Positions 36,594 through 46,393 of a DNA stretch of 64,000 nt are shown one piece after another. The DNA is from Candidatus Woesearchaeota archaeon (lineage in GTDB: Archaea > Nanobdellota > Nanobdellia > Pacearchaeales > GW2011-AR1): positions 866 through 64,865 of the forward strand of contig CAZKBE010000001.1 of the NCBI GenBank assembly GCA_964551115.1, written 5' to 3'. Below the pieces are notes generated by a model. It ran no database searches, had not been told where the DNA came from, and saw only the letters and a list, made by a program, of their open reading frames with translations. A program made the position numbers and the translations under genes. Within the stretch, counting starts at the first letter, position 1, and the number at the start of each line of letters is the position of its first letter.

Positions 36594-38060
36594 TTATTTC
36601 TTTATTTCTTGTCCTGCTTTTTCAAATTCAATTTCTTTAGAAAGAAGTTTTCTGATTATCTCTTTTAGTCCTATTATTGGAACTGTTATTTGTTTTGTTG
36701 TATTTCTATCCCTTATTGTTACCGTATTCTCTTGGATACTTTTTTCATCAATAGTAATACATAAAGGTGTTCCTATTTCATCATTCCTAGCATATCTCCT
36801 ACCAACCGATCCACTATCATCGTATGTTACATTCCATTCTTTTCTAAGAGTTAGGTAGATCTCTCTTGCGATATTAACTTGTTTTTCGTCTTTTTTTATT
36901 AAAGGAAATATAGAAACCTTGATTGGAGAAAGAGATGGGTCGAGTTTTAATATAATTTCTTCTTTTTGATTTTGTGTATAAGCATCAAATAAGAAAACTA
37001 AGAAAGCTCTTTCAACCCCTAGGGATGGCTCAGAAATAACCATTGGTAAGAATTTTCTTCCAGATTCTTCATCTCTTATTTCTAGATTCTTATTGGATAT
37101 TTTTTGATGTTGTGTTAAATCAAATGTTCCTCTATCGGCTATACCTTGCAGTTCCTTGAAACCAAATGGAAAGTTATATTCTATATCCCATGTGTCTGTT
37201 GCATAGTGCGATTTTTCATCTTTCATATGTTGTCTGATTCTAAAATTCTCTATATTTGCTCCTAAGGACTTAAACCAATTAAGTTCTGTAGAAAGCCAAT
37301 AAGCATGCCAAGGTAACATAATTAATTTTTTCTTTAATGCTTCTGTTATTTTCATTTTTTCTGCCTTTTTTCCCTTTTCTTGCATTTCTGCGGAGTAAAC
37401 TGTAATTTCTAGATCTTGAATTTGATAAGGACATTCGGTTTTTTTATCTGGATCTATAAAGTATTCAATTTCCATTTGTTCAAATTCTCTACATCTAAAT
37501 AAGAAATTTCTTGGAGCAATTTCATTTCTAAATGATTTTCCTACTTGAGCGATTCCAAAAGGTAATTTTAGTCTATTTGTGTCTGTTATTTGTTTAAAAT
37601 TTGCGAAGATTAGTTGAGCAGTTTCCGGTCTTAAATAGGCAAGAGAAGAATCTTCTTTTATAGGGCCAACTTGTGTTGTAAACATTGGATTAAATTCTCC
37701 TTTGCTTTCCCAATCTCCGCCACATTTTTCACATTTAGTTGTTTCAAGCTCATGTTTATCCACCTTGGATTTATTCTTACATTTTTTACAAACTACGGCC
37801 AAGTCTACAAAAGAATCTACATGTCCGGAAGCTTTCCATACTTTTGGGTGAGTGATGATAGCACCATCAATTCCTACAATGTCTTCTCTGGCATAAATAT
37901 GATACTTCCACCAAGATTCTTTTAAATTTTTCTTTAATTCTGCTCCAAGTGGACCAAAATCCCAAAAACCTGCAAGGCCTCCATAGAGTTCTCCAGATGG
38001 AAAGATAAAACCTTTCCTTTTACAGAACATTGCCATTTCATCTATAGACAGATTCACCAT
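36594..38060 (-). CDS. glyS: glycyl-tRNA synthetase (class II, archaeal/eukaryotic dimeric type)
   Basis: N-terminal KRKGFIFPSGELYGGLAGFWDFGPLG is diagnostic. Class II motifs follow. C-terminal anticodon-binding domain. Confidence 0.85.
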   Translation of the reverse strand: MVNLSIDEMAMFCKRKGFIFPSGELYGGLAGFWDFGPLGAELKKNLKESWWKYHIYAREDIVGIDGAIITHPKVWKASGHVDSFVDLAVVCKKCKNKSKVDKHELETTKCEKCGGDWESKGEFNPMFTTQVGPIKEDSSLAYLRPETAQLIFANFKQITDTNRLKLPFGIAQVGKSFRNEIAPRNFLFRCREFEQMEIEYFIDPDKKTECPYQIQDLEITVYSAEMQEKGKKAEKMKITEALKKKLIMLPWHAYWLSTELNWFKSLGANIENFRIRQHMKDEKSHYATDTWDIEYNFPFGFKELQGIADRGTFDLTQHQKISNKNLEIRDEESGRKFLPMVISEPSLGVERAFLVFLFDAYTQNQKEEIILKLDPSLSPIKVSIFPLIKKDEKQVNIAREIYLTLRKEWNVTYDDSGSVGRRYARNDEIGTPLCITIDEKSIQENTVTIRDRNTTKQITVPIIGLKEIIRKLLSKEIEFEKAGQEIKK

Positions 38061-38104
38061 ATTTCTCTTAAAATAATTGGGTTTAAAAGGTTATTCTTGA
38101 GGGG

Positions 38105-38362
38105 CTATTCTCTTACATTGCTATTAAACTTCATAACCGTTAGAACATAACCAATTAGTTTAAAGTCAAAATTTTTACCTAATTTGTCTATTATTGTCTT
38201 AGCAATTTCTTTTGCTTCTTCTTTATCTCTGCAAGCAGATTTTAGAATATCTATTTTTACTTTTCTACAAGTCTTAAACGTTATTTCTAATTGTTTAATG
38301 AACTCTTCAGTGAGTCCTTTTTTTCCTATTTGGAATTTTTTTGTTTCAGTTAGTTGTCTCAT
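38105..38362 (-). CDS. CRM-domain (YhbY/CRS1-like) RNA-binding protein
   Basis: 85 aa. Starts FQIGKKGLTEEFIKQLEITFKTCRKVKI, matching the YhbY family. Confidence 0.65.
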   Translation of the reverse strand: MRQLTETKKFQIGKKGLTEEFIKQLEITFKTCRKVKIDILKSACRDKEEAKEIAKTIIDKLGKNFDFKLIGYVLTVMKFNSNVRE

Positions 38363-38741
38363 TTTGTTTCTCTATAAATTCTTTGATTTCTTGCTTTTTT
38401 ATAACTATCTCTTTCGTATTTTTTACTCCAAATGTGCCAGACTTCATTGATTTTAGCTTATAGATGTCTTTTCCTAGAAAATAATCTATGTTTACATTTT
38501 TCTGATTATCTCTCCAATCCTGGCTATATCTTGCGCAAAATATTGCTGCTTCTTTTAGTTCTTTTTTCGATACGGCTTCACTATCTGCTTTTATATTACA
38601 AAAGGGGCTTCCAGGAAGTTTAGTATGAAGAACAAGTTCGTTTTCATTTACCTGTGCAACCAAATCTTCATTATTTTCCGCACTTTTACCTGCTAAAACT
38701 TGTTTTCCAGTAGTTGTTAGAAATTTACGAAAGGTTACCAT
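38346..38741 (-). CDS. NFACT-R (DUF814) domain RNA-binding protein
   Basis: FRKFLTTTGKQVLAGKSAENNEDLV...LVLHTKLPGSPFCNI matches the DUF814 core. Overlaps both neighbours. Confidence 0.55.
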   Translation of the reverse strand: MVTFRKFLTTTGKQVLAGKSAENNEDLVAQVNENELVLHTKLPGSPFCNIKADSEAVSKKELKEAAIFCARYSQDWRDNQKNVNIDYFLGKDIYKLKSMKSGTFGVKNTKEIVIKKQEIKEFIEKQNETTN

Positions 38742-39325
38742 TTTAAGGCTTCGCCTGCTTTTCTTTTTTTAACTGCCTTAAATGCCTTTTTAATTTCTAC
38801 TAAATTTTTACCATCATATCTTATCACATTGGGATGTTTGAACGTTAGGTTGTTTTTATTTGCTGGCATTATTACTAGTCCCCTTGGTCTATTTTTTAAC
38901 CATCTCTCTATATATTCTGGATAGTCATCAACTAGAATTTTCCCATAAACTAATCCCTTATTTCTAGTCATTGTTACATCTGTTCCTGGAAGGTTTTTAG
39001 CTACCCACTTCATTTTGCCAGCCCAAGAGGCAGGATTTGTTTTTGGTCCTTGAGTTAGAATCATTATCTTAAATCCCTCTTTCTTTGCAATTTTTAAAAT
39101 ATCCCAACCCAGTTGAAATTTAGGCATATTTTCCCACCAGCTCTCTTTTTCTCTTATAATTTTAGCTCTATTTATTATGTATTCTGGATGGATTTTATCT
39201 TGCAAGGAGTATACTTTTTCTTCTTGTGGAGACCTCAATTTCTCCAATTCTTCAAATAATGCCCCGTCATGATCACAAAGTGTTCCATCCATATCAAAGA
39301 GAGCTATTTGTTCAACATTTTCCAT
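38735..39325 (-). CDS. HAD-like 5'(3')-deoxyribonucleotidase (NT5C family)
   Basis: IALFDMDGTLCDH (DxDGT motif I) and size/fold of NT5C-like enzymes. Confidence 0.55.
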   Translation of the reverse strand: MENVEQIALFDMDGTLCDHDGALFEELEKLRSPQEEKVYSLQDKIHPEYIINRAKIIREKESWWENMPKFQLGWDILKIAKKEGFKIMILTQGPKTNPASWAGKMKWVAKNLPGTDVTMTRNKGLVYGKILVDDYPEYIERWLKNRPRGLVIMPANKNNLTFKHPNVIRYDGKNLVEIKKAFKAVKKRKAGEALKW

Positions 39326-39429
39326 ATTTTCTTTAGCATATCTTGCTATTTATATCTTTCTTTTAGTTATTAATCTACTCTAATTATTATTATTTAAATA
39401 TTTATAAAGTATGAATTATTGAGTAGTTT

Positions 39430-40272
39430 ATGAAAAAATTGCCTTTTAAGAATAAGTTTATTCTTGCACCTATGCTTGAACCAAATGACATTGCTTTTAG
39501 ATTGCTCTGTAAGAAGGCAGGCGCAGGGGGAATATATTCCGGTATGATAAATCCTCACTCTAAAAAGAAATTGGATCTGCAGGATAAACCTATTATTCAA
39601 CTATTTTGTACAGATACCAAGGGATTAGAGAAATTTATAAAAAAATATGACTCTAAAGTATCTGGGTGGGATTTTAATTTAGGTTGTCCTTCTGTTGTTG
39701 CGCAGAAATTGGGTGTTGGGAGTTTTATGCAAAATAATCTTATAGCTATTGATTCTATTTTAATGGAAATTAGGAGGAATACAAAAAAATTTTTGAGTGT
39801 AAAAATTCGAAAGTCTGCTAGTTCTTTAAATATATTAAACATTGCACAGAAATATTGTGATGCTATTGTGATTCATCCTAGAACAAGAGAGCAGGGATAT
39901 TCTGGTAAAGCGGATGTAGAGTTTGCTTTAAATTTCAAACAGCAGAGTAAGATTCCGGTGATTTATTCTGGTGACGTAAATGTTTCTAATGCGAACGAAT
40001 TATTAAAAAAATTTGATTATTTAATGATTGGACGAGCGGCTATGGGAAATCCGAGTATCTTTGCAGTTTTGAATTGTTCAAAAAAAAGATTTTATTTTAA
40101 AGACTATTTGTTGCTTGCTAAAAAGTATAAAGTTCCTTTTGAACAAATAAAGTCTCAATCTTTTTGTTTTACAAAGGGATTTGAAGGTGCAACCAAATTA
40201 AGAATTGAAATCATGAAAGCTAAGACTTCTAATGAATTAGCTGAACTTTTTAAAGATCAAATTCTTCAATAA
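39430..40272 (+). CDS. tRNA-dihydrouridine synthase
   Basis: ILAPMLEPNDIAFRLLCKKAGAG (cf. LAPMAGVTDxxFR) and TIM-barrel FMN-binding pattern. 280 aa. Confidence 0.7.
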   Translation: MKKLPFKNKFILAPMLEPNDIAFRLLCKKAGAGGIYSGMINPHSKKKLDLQDKPIIQLFCTDTKGLEKFIKKYDSKVSGWDFNLGCPSVVAQKLGVGSFMQNNLIAIDSILMEIRRNTKKFLSVKIRKSASSLNILNIAQKYCDAIVIHPRTREQGYSGKADVEFALNFKQQSKIPVIYSGDVNVSNANELLKKFDYLMIGRAAMGNPSIFAVLNCSKKRFYFKDYLLLAKKYKVPFEQIKSQSFCFTKGFEGATKLRIEIMKAKTSNELAELFKDQILQ

Positions 40273-40316
40273 ATTCTTTTATTACGCTATATTTATCAAT
40301 AAATCTTAATATTCTT

Positions 40317-40376
40317 GTTTCACTTTTATGTAACTATCAAAAATATTGGTTTCACTTTATTGTAACTGACCAAAAT
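40317..40376 (+). repeat. two imperfect ~28-bp direct repeats (GTTTCACTTTWWTGTAACTRNCMAAAAT) upstream of the 40407 gene
   Basis: Copy 1 at 40317..40344, copy 2 at 40349..40376. Candidate operator/promoter element. Confidence 0.5.
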
Positions 40377-40406
40377 GCTTATAAAGCTAATTCATTTTCA
40401 AAGTCT

Positions 40407-40874
40407 ATGAAAAAGAGAGAAATTGTTTTAATATTTGGCGGATTTTCATTTATAGCTTTAGTTGTTTCTTTAAGTCTTTTGCTTGGAAATCATTTAGAGG
40501 TTAAAACCTGTGGCTGTCCAAAGATGATTTCTCAAAATTTTATAGCTTTATTCACTATTTTAGCCATTCTTTTTGTAGGATCTTTATTTTATTATCTATT
40601 TTCTTTGAAGATCGAAGAAAAAGAGAAATTTTTGTGTAAGAATATGGAAATTTTAAATTCTATTTTAGATAAAGACGAAAAGAAGGTGATAGATAAAATT
40701 TCTTTGAATAATGGGCAGATAGAACAAAGTAAAATTTCTGAAATGTACGATAAAATAAAAGCACATCGGATTTTAAAGAAGTTAGAGGAAAAGAGGATGA
40801 TTGAGGTTGTTAGAACTGGGAAGACTAATATGATCAAATTAAACGAAACCTTCGCAAGAGAGATAAGAAGATGA
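40407..40874 (+). CDS. membrane-anchored winged-HTH protein
   Basis: Two N-terminal TM helices. C-terminal ISEMYDKIKAHRILKKLEEKRMIEV HTH-like. Its stop overlaps the next start (ATGA). Confidence 0.45.
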   Translation: MKKREIVLIFGGFSFIALVVSLSLLLGNHLEVKTCGCPKMISQNFIALFTILAILFVGSLFYYLFSLKIEEKEKFLCKNMEILNSILDKDEKKVIDKISLNNGQIEQSKISEMYDKIKAHRILKKLEEKRMIEVVRTGKTNMIKLNETFAREIRR

Positions 40875-42010
40875 ATAAGCTATACCTTATTATCCTATTT
40901 AGTTTATTGTTTTTATCCTCTATTGATTCTTCTATAGCCAGTAATACTCTTGAATCTGTTCCATTAGAAATAACTTTTTTTCATATGAATGGTTGTGGGG
41001 CTTGTGCACAAATGAAGCCCTTCTTGGAAGACCTGGATTCTAAGTATAATCTTAATTTAAATTCTTATGAGATCTCTTCTAGAGAAAATTCAAATTTATT
41101 CAAGGAATATTTAGATAGATTTAATGTTCCGGATAAGAGTAGGGGTTATGTTCCTGCAGTATTTATTGGTGATTCTTATTTTATTGGTTTTAATTCTAAT
41201 ATAACTTCCACCATTGAAGATTTTATAATAAATGGGGAATCTAGTTCGAATGGAATTTTTGGTGGTGATGTTGTTCAAACAAAAATCCTGGGATTTTGGA
41301 ATGTAAAGGTTTCATTTAAAGAAAAGTCTCTTATTGCCAGTACTCTTCTTTTAGGATTTTTAGACAGCTTAAATGTTTGTTCAATAACTGTTTTGATATT
41401 CTTAATTGTTTATTCTCTATCTATGGGCTCTCTTAAAAGAGCATTCAAATTAGGTATTATTTTTACTTTAGTAATATTCTTGTTTTATTTCTTGTTTATG
41501 GTTGCGTTAACTTCGATTATTAGCTCTCTCATTACTTCTTATGGATTTTATATAAGACTCGTTGTTATCTCTTTAAGCTTATTTGCAGGCATTCTTTTAA
41601 TTAAGGACTATTTCTTTTATGGCAAATGGTTAAGTCTGAAAGTCCCAGATTCTGCTAAGCCTTTGATGGAAAGATACATAAAACAGGGAACTATTCTTTC
41701 TACAATTATTTTTGCTTTACTCGCTTCTTTAGTTGAACTTCCTTGTACGGCTATATTCCCTTTAATCTATTCAACGATTTTAGCTGATAAGGGAGTAATT
41801 GGATTAGATAGGATTATCTGGATAGCCCTTTATAATATTATTTATGTATTGCCTCTCCTTTTGATAATATTTGCTACTTATTTTTCTTGGACAAAAATAA
41901 GAGATATTGATTCTGAGATTCAGAAGTTTAAAGGGATAATGAAACTTGTTGCGGGCTTAGCTTTAGTTGCCTTTGCAGTTTATTTTTTATGGCCTATAAT
42001 TTTTGCTTAA
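40871..42010 (+). CDS. thioredoxin-fold domain fused to a DsbD/CcdA-like transmembrane thiol-disulfide transporter domain
   Basis: Signal/TM, then FFHMNGCGACAQMKPFLE (CxxC thioredoxin motif), then a polytopic domain with the two conserved Cys (LNVCSIT, ELPCTAIFPL) characteristic of CcdA/DsbD. Confidence 0.55.
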   Translation: MNKLYLIILFSLLFLSSIDSSIASNTLESVPLEITFFHMNGCGACAQMKPFLEDLDSKYNLNLNSYEISSRENSNLFKEYLDRFNVPDKSRGYVPAVFIGDSYFIGFNSNITSTIEDFIINGESSSNGIFGGDVVQTKILGFWNVKVSFKEKSLIASTLLLGFLDSLNVCSITVLIFLIVYSLSMGSLKRAFKLGIIFTLVIFLFYFLFMVALTSIISSLITSYGFYIRLVVISLSLFAGILLIKDYFFYGKWLSLKVPDSAKPLMERYIKQGTILSTIIFALLASLVELPCTAIFPLIYSTILADKGVIGLDRIIWIALYNIIYVLPLLLIIFATYFSWTKIRDIDSEIQKFKGIMKLVAGLALVAFAVYFLWPIIFA

Positions 42011-42046
42011 AGGCATATTTAAAAACTTGTTACGGTTTATGTTTTA

Positions 42047-43048
42047 ATGAAAGATATTGAAAAAAATGGAGATACTTTAGAGACTGCTAGTAAATTAATG
42101 TTTAAGGATGTCCCAATAACCACGCCCGGATCTACTTTAGGGGATGTGGAAAAGATGCTTCTTAAAAAGACAAAAAATTTCGAGGTTATAAGTTATATTT
42201 ATGTTTTAGATAAAACAGAAAAGTTAATTGGAGTTATATCTATTAAGGATTTATTTAGATTAGACAAAAGAAAATTTGTTAAAGACATTATGATTAAGAA
42301 GGTATTGTCTGTTAGGCCTCATACTGATCAAGAGAGAATTGCTTTTCTTGCTCTAAGGAATAGTCTAAAATCCATTCCTGTTGTAGATAAAGATGATCGT
42401 CTACTTGGTGTTATTCCACATCATATCATTCTTGAGATTTTACATAAAGAGAATATTGAAGATATTTTAAGGACTGCAGGTATACATAAATTTAAGGATC
42501 CTGCAGTAGAGATAATTAACGCATCTGTAAAAATCCATGTAAGGAAGAGACTTCCTTGGCTCATACTTGGCCTTTTAGGTGGAATTTTAGCTGCCTTGGT
42601 TATAAATTCTTTTGAACTTATGTTAAATAAATATCTCCTTCTTGCAGCATTTATTCCGGCTGTTGTTTATATGGCAGATGCTGTAGGAGCACAGGCTCAG
42701 ACAATTTTTATAAGATCTATAGCATTAGATAAAAACATCAATATAAGTAAATACGCTTTCAGAGAAATTAAGATAAACATTTTTTTGGGATTAATCTTGG
42801 GTTTGCTTTTCTATATAGTTTTTTCAATATTTTGGGGGTTTTCTATTTTTGGATTAGTTATAGGTTTTTCTATATTTTTAACTGTCATGGTATCTATGGC
42901 TATTTCGATATTACTTCCTTTTTTGTTTCATAAGTTCAACTCCGATCCAGCAATATCTAGCGGCCCATTTGCAACAGCTGTTAGGGATTTAACAAGTTTG
43001 CTTGTTTATTTTGCAACGGCTAATGTAATGATCTATTTATTTTTGTAA
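42047..43048 (+). CDS. mgtE: MgtE-type Mg2+ transporter (CBS pair plus TM domain)
   Basis: Two CBS motifs, then a TM domain with SSGPFATAVRDLTSLLVYFATA, typical of MgtE. Confidence 0.75.
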   Translation: MKDIEKNGDTLETASKLMFKDVPITTPGSTLGDVEKMLLKKTKNFEVISYIYVLDKTEKLIGVISIKDLFRLDKRKFVKDIMIKKVLSVRPHTDQERIAFLALRNSLKSIPVVDKDDRLLGVIPHHIILEILHKENIEDILRTAGIHKFKDPAVEIINASVKIHVRKRLPWLILGLLGGILAALVINSFELMLNKYLLLAAFIPAVVYMADAVGAQAQTIFIRSIALDKNINISKYAFREIKINIFLGLILGLLFYIVFSIFWGFSIFGLVIGFSIFLTVMVSMAISILLPFLFHKFNSDPAISSGPFATAVRDLTSLLVYFATANVMIYLFL

Positions 43049-43056
43049 TGTTTGAA

Positions 43057-44058
43057 TTATTTCCATTTAACATTTACCATATCCGTTCTTTCCTTTGGAT
43101 CAAAATCTACTTTATCTAATTCGGTAGGTCTATAAAATATTTCATTTTCATACATTTTCAGACCTAAGAAGGCAATCATCCCCGCATTATCTACTAAAAA
43201 TTGTCTCTCCGGACAAAAGTATTTTGCCTTTCTTTCTTTACACATAATTTTGCACATTTCTTGTAGTCTAGTGTTACAAGCAACTCCGCCTCCCAATAAT
43301 AACTCTTTTTTCCCGGTATGGGCTAAGGCTCTTTCTGCTGATTCAACGAGCATAGCAAAAACATGTTCTTGTAATGAAAAAGATAAGTCTTCTAAATTTT
43401 CTCCTTTATCTAAAAGTTGTTTTAATTTAGTCTGTATTCCTGAAAAAGAAACATCCATGCCTTTTATGGGGTAAGGGAGTTCAATTAGTTTTTTACCTTT
43501 TTTTGCCATCTCTTGTATTTTTGGTCCGCCGGGAAAACCAAAACCAGCATGTCTTGCAAATGTGTCAATAAAATTTCCTACACCTAGATCTAATGTTTCT
43601 CCAAAAATTCTATATTTTCCTCCCTCGTAGGCGATTATCTGGGTATTTGCTCCGGAGGCATAAAGTAAAACAGGATCTTTTGCGCCAGTCAATTCCCCAA
43701 TTTCTAAATGGGCAATACAGTGGTTTACACAAATTAGTGGGATATTTAATTCTTTACAAATTTCTTTTGTAAATTTAATTCCGGCATTTAAGCATGGAGC
43801 TAAACCTGGAGAGGTTGAGAGAGCTATTGCAATTAAGTCTTTTTTATTTATTTCTGTTTTTTCCAAAGCTTCTTTAAATAATTTGTAGGACACTTCTTCA
43901 TGATGTTTACCAACAATTGTGGGAATTAATCCTCCTTGCGTAGTTGTAAATGTATCCTTTAGATTACAAAGAATTTTTTTTGTTGTCTCTTCAATTATTG
44001 CTATTCCGAATGTATGTGCTGTAGATTCAATTCCTAGAAGATATTTTTTTCTTTTCAT
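43057..44058 (-). CDS. kae1: Kae1, tRNA N6-adenosine threonylcarbamoyltransferase (KEOPS catalytic subunit)
   Basis: LLGIESTAHTFGIAII (cf. LGIEGTA), HxxH-type metal site (CVNHCIAHLE) and ASKHA fold. 333 aa, not fused to Bud32. Confidence 0.85.
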   Translation of the reverse strand: MKRKKYLLGIESTAHTFGIAIIEETTKKILCNLKDTFTTTQGGLIPTIVGKHHEEVSYKLFKEALEKTEINKKDLIAIALSTSPGLAPCLNAGIKFTKEICKELNIPLICVNHCIAHLEIGELTGAKDPVLLYASGANTQIIAYEGGKYRIFGETLDLGVGNFIDTFARHAGFGFPGGPKIQEMAKKGKKLIELPYPIKGMDVSFSGIQTKLKQLLDKGENLEDLSFSLQEHVFAMLVESAERALAHTGKKELLLGGGVACNTRLQEMCKIMCKERKAKYFCPERQFLVDNAGMIAFLGLKMYENEIFYRPTELDKVDFDPKERTDMVNVKWK

Positions 44059-44106
44059 ATAAATAACACAAAAATAGAATATAAAAAGGTTGGGAAAATC
44101 TACTAT

Positions 44107-44802
44107 TTAGTCAAGAGCTCTCATTCCAATTGACCCTAACAAACCGTTTAAAAAGGATACATTGTGGAATCTTAGGTCCCTTGATTTATCCAAAGAATTA
44201 GAATAATGAAAATTAGCATTTGACCAGAAAGGAAAAACAGGTTTAAACAATCTTTCTGAACTAACAAGATTTATAGGAGGATTAAGTCCAGAACATAAAA
44301 CCTTACCCCCGAGTATTGCAACATCTCTTCTTGCTCTAATTGAGTTTCCTTTACTATTCCCAGGATAGTTTTCTCCTGCACTAATTGAGACTACAGAAAT
44401 TAGAGGGTAGCACTGACCGAAATTGTCTGTCATTTCTGTCATCGGAAAAAAAGTATTTATATCTATCTCGAATTGTGAGGGATCTCTTCGAACTAAACCA
44501 GACTGTCTAGGTAAATTCATCACCATTTTTCTTAAGGCACCTATGTCTCCGTTTTCTCCGTCCAAATAATTAACAAATTTTGCTTCAGAAGTAGTAGTCG
44601 AAGCTGGGCGAAGATAATAGCCCTCAAAGTGTTTTTCCATATAATTCTCGTGTATATAAGCTAATGAAACGAAAGGACCTTTATCAAGGTGTGGAAGTCT
44701 TCTGGTCTCATGGTTCAATATCCTATCTAATTTGTCTTGGCTTTTCTCCTTCAGAAAACGCAATAGTCTTCTTTCGTTTTTTTGAACAAGTTCATCTAAC
44801 AT
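44107..44802 (-). CDS. hypothetical protein (GC above local average)
   Basis: 231 aa. No motifs recognised. Confidence 0.4.
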   Translation of the reverse strand: MLDELVQKNERRLLRFLKEKSQDKLDRILNHETRRLPHLDKGPFVSLAYIHENYMEKHFEGYYLRPASTTTSEAKFVNYLDGENGDIGALRKMVMNLPRQSGLVRRDPSQFEIDINTFFPMTEMTDNFGQCYPLISVVSISAGENYPGNSKGNSIRARRDVAILGGKVLCSGLNPPINLVSSERLFKPVFPFWSNANFHYSNSLDKSRDLRFHNVSFLNGLLGSIGMRALD

Positions 44803-44994
44803 AATTTGTTAAAAAGGAAGACTCCTTTTAAACATTTATCTCTTCTAAAATATACATTCAAAAATTTTACCAAAAAAATACTAAAAAGAATATGATATAA
44901 AAAAAATATAATAATATCAAAATTATTGAATGGACCCACCTTCCCTATAAGGCAGGCCCATTAATAAAGTATGAATAAATTGCTTAAAGAAGAT

Positions 44995-45141
44995 TTATTT
45001 CTTCTTAACAGCTTTTTTAGCAGCTTTTTTCTTTCTGCCGCCTCTTGCCATTACAGCTTCACATACGTTTCCTTTTCCATCAACGTAATAAAGATGTCCT
45101 GGTTTCCTTTCAACAACATTTTTCACAATTACTTTTCCCAT
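44995..45141 (-). CDS. small lysine-rich protein (48 aa), probably nucleic-acid-binding; not in ORF track
   Basis: Manual minus-strand translation MGKVIVKNVVERKPGHLYYVDGKGNVCEAVMARGGRKKKAAKKAVKKK. SH3/KOW-like beta-rich core plus basic tail. The opposite-strand ORF 44971..45240 is low-complexity and likely spurious. Confidence 0.4.
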   Translation of the reverse strand: MGKVIVKNVVERKPGHLYYVDGKGNVCEAVMARGGRKKKAAKKAVKKK

Positions 45142-45272
45142 TTTATACCTCCTTTTAGCACCTTATTTAATCACGATAAACCCCTATTTAAATGTTTTGT
45201 TTTTATTATCGTCGAGGTTTTATTATATTTAAAAAACTAAAATTATTTAAATCCTAAAAAGTTTAAATTAAA

Positions 45273-45962
45273 ATGGATATTTCTGCGGAGCTTAGAAAAT
45301 TAAGAGATGAAGATAAAGCTAAGATTCTTTCAAGATTTTTCAAAACTCAAAAAGGAGAATATGGTGAGGGGGATAGATTTTTAGGCATTACTGTACCAAA
45401 GCAAAGAGAACTAGTAAAAAAATTTTGGAAACAAATAAATTTTAGTGAATTAGAGAAACTAATAAAATCAGGTTTTCACGAGGAGAGATTGACTGCCTTG
45501 CTTATTCTTGTAAATAAATATGAACAAGGAGAAAACTTGGAGGAGATTTTTAATTTTTATCTTAAGAATAAATATTTTATTAACAATTGGGATTTGGTTG
45601 ATTTATCTGCCCCAAAAATTGTAGGTACTTTTTTATTGAATAAGGATAAAAAAATTTTATATGAGCTAGCAAAATCTAAAAATCTTTGGGATAGAAGAAT
45701 TTCTATTCTCTCTACATTTACTTTTATTAGACAAAATGAATTTAAAGATGCTATAAAAATTTCGAAAATTCTTTTAAATGATTCGCATGACCTAATCCAC
45801 AAATCTGTCGGATGGATGCTTAGGGAAATCGGTAAAAGAAACTTATTTGTTTTAGAAAAATTTCTTGAAGAGAATTATAAAAATTTATCTCGCACAACTT
45901 TAAGGTATTCTATAGAAAGAATGACCGCGTCCAAGAGAAGTTATTATCTAAGTAAACAATAG
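45273..45962 (+). CDS. DNA alkylation repair enzyme (AlkD/AlkC-like HEAT-repeat glycosylase family)
   Basis: AKILSRFFKTQKGEYGEGDRFLGITVPKQRELVKKF matches the N-terminus of this family. All-helical, 229 aa. Confidence 0.65.
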   Translation: MDISAELRKLRDEDKAKILSRFFKTQKGEYGEGDRFLGITVPKQRELVKKFWKQINFSELEKLIKSGFHEERLTALLILVNKYEQGENLEEIFNFYLKNKYFINNWDLVDLSAPKIVGTFLLNKDKKILYELAKSKNLWDRRISILSTFTFIRQNEFKDAIKISKILLNDSHDLIHKSVGWMLREIGKRNLFVLEKFLEENYKNLSRTTLRYSIERMTASKRSYYLSKQ

Positions 45963-45970
45963 TTTTATAA

Positions 45971-46393
45971 ATGTGTTCTTGTTTAATATTTAAGGTTTCA
46001 ATGGTTACAAAAAAGAGTTCATCAAAAGAGAAAGGGTTAACAAAAGCACAAAAGGAAGATTTGTTAATTGAGAATTTTGTTGGACTTCAGAAAGCAATGA
46101 CTTATCTTTCTTTAAAATTTGAGAATTTATCGGATAATTTATCTAAACTATTAGAGGTTTTGGAACTTTCTGCAAGGAATTACCTTACCAAAGAAGCTCC
46201 AAAGGATGCAAGCTCTTCTGAGTTAATCAAGCAGGTAAATTATCTTATCGATCAAAACAAGGCTATTGCTGAAGGATTATTATTGATTGATGATACAATA
46301 AGAAAGAAGCAATCAAAAGAGGAAGCAGAGGCTCCGGAAACTTCTAATATGCCAACCAAACTCAGATCCAAACCCCTGCCAAGAACGTTATGA
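45971..46393 (+). CDS. hypothetical coiled-coil protein (true start may be the Met at ~46001)
   Basis: ORF track. Stop overlaps the next start (ATGA at 46390). Confidence 0.35.
   Translation: MCSCLIFKVSMVTKKSSSKEKGLTKAQKEDLLIENFVGLQKAMTYLSLKFENLSDNLSKLLEVLELSARNYLTKEAPKDASSSELIKQVNYLIDQNKAIAEGLLLIDDTIRKKQSKEEAEAPETSNMPTKLRSKPLPRTL

Noticed and set aside
44971-45240. 89-aa + strand low-complexity ORF (FFSSFFLSAAS...)
   Set aside because: It is the antisense shadow of a better minus-strand 48-aa lysine-rich gene (44995..45141).
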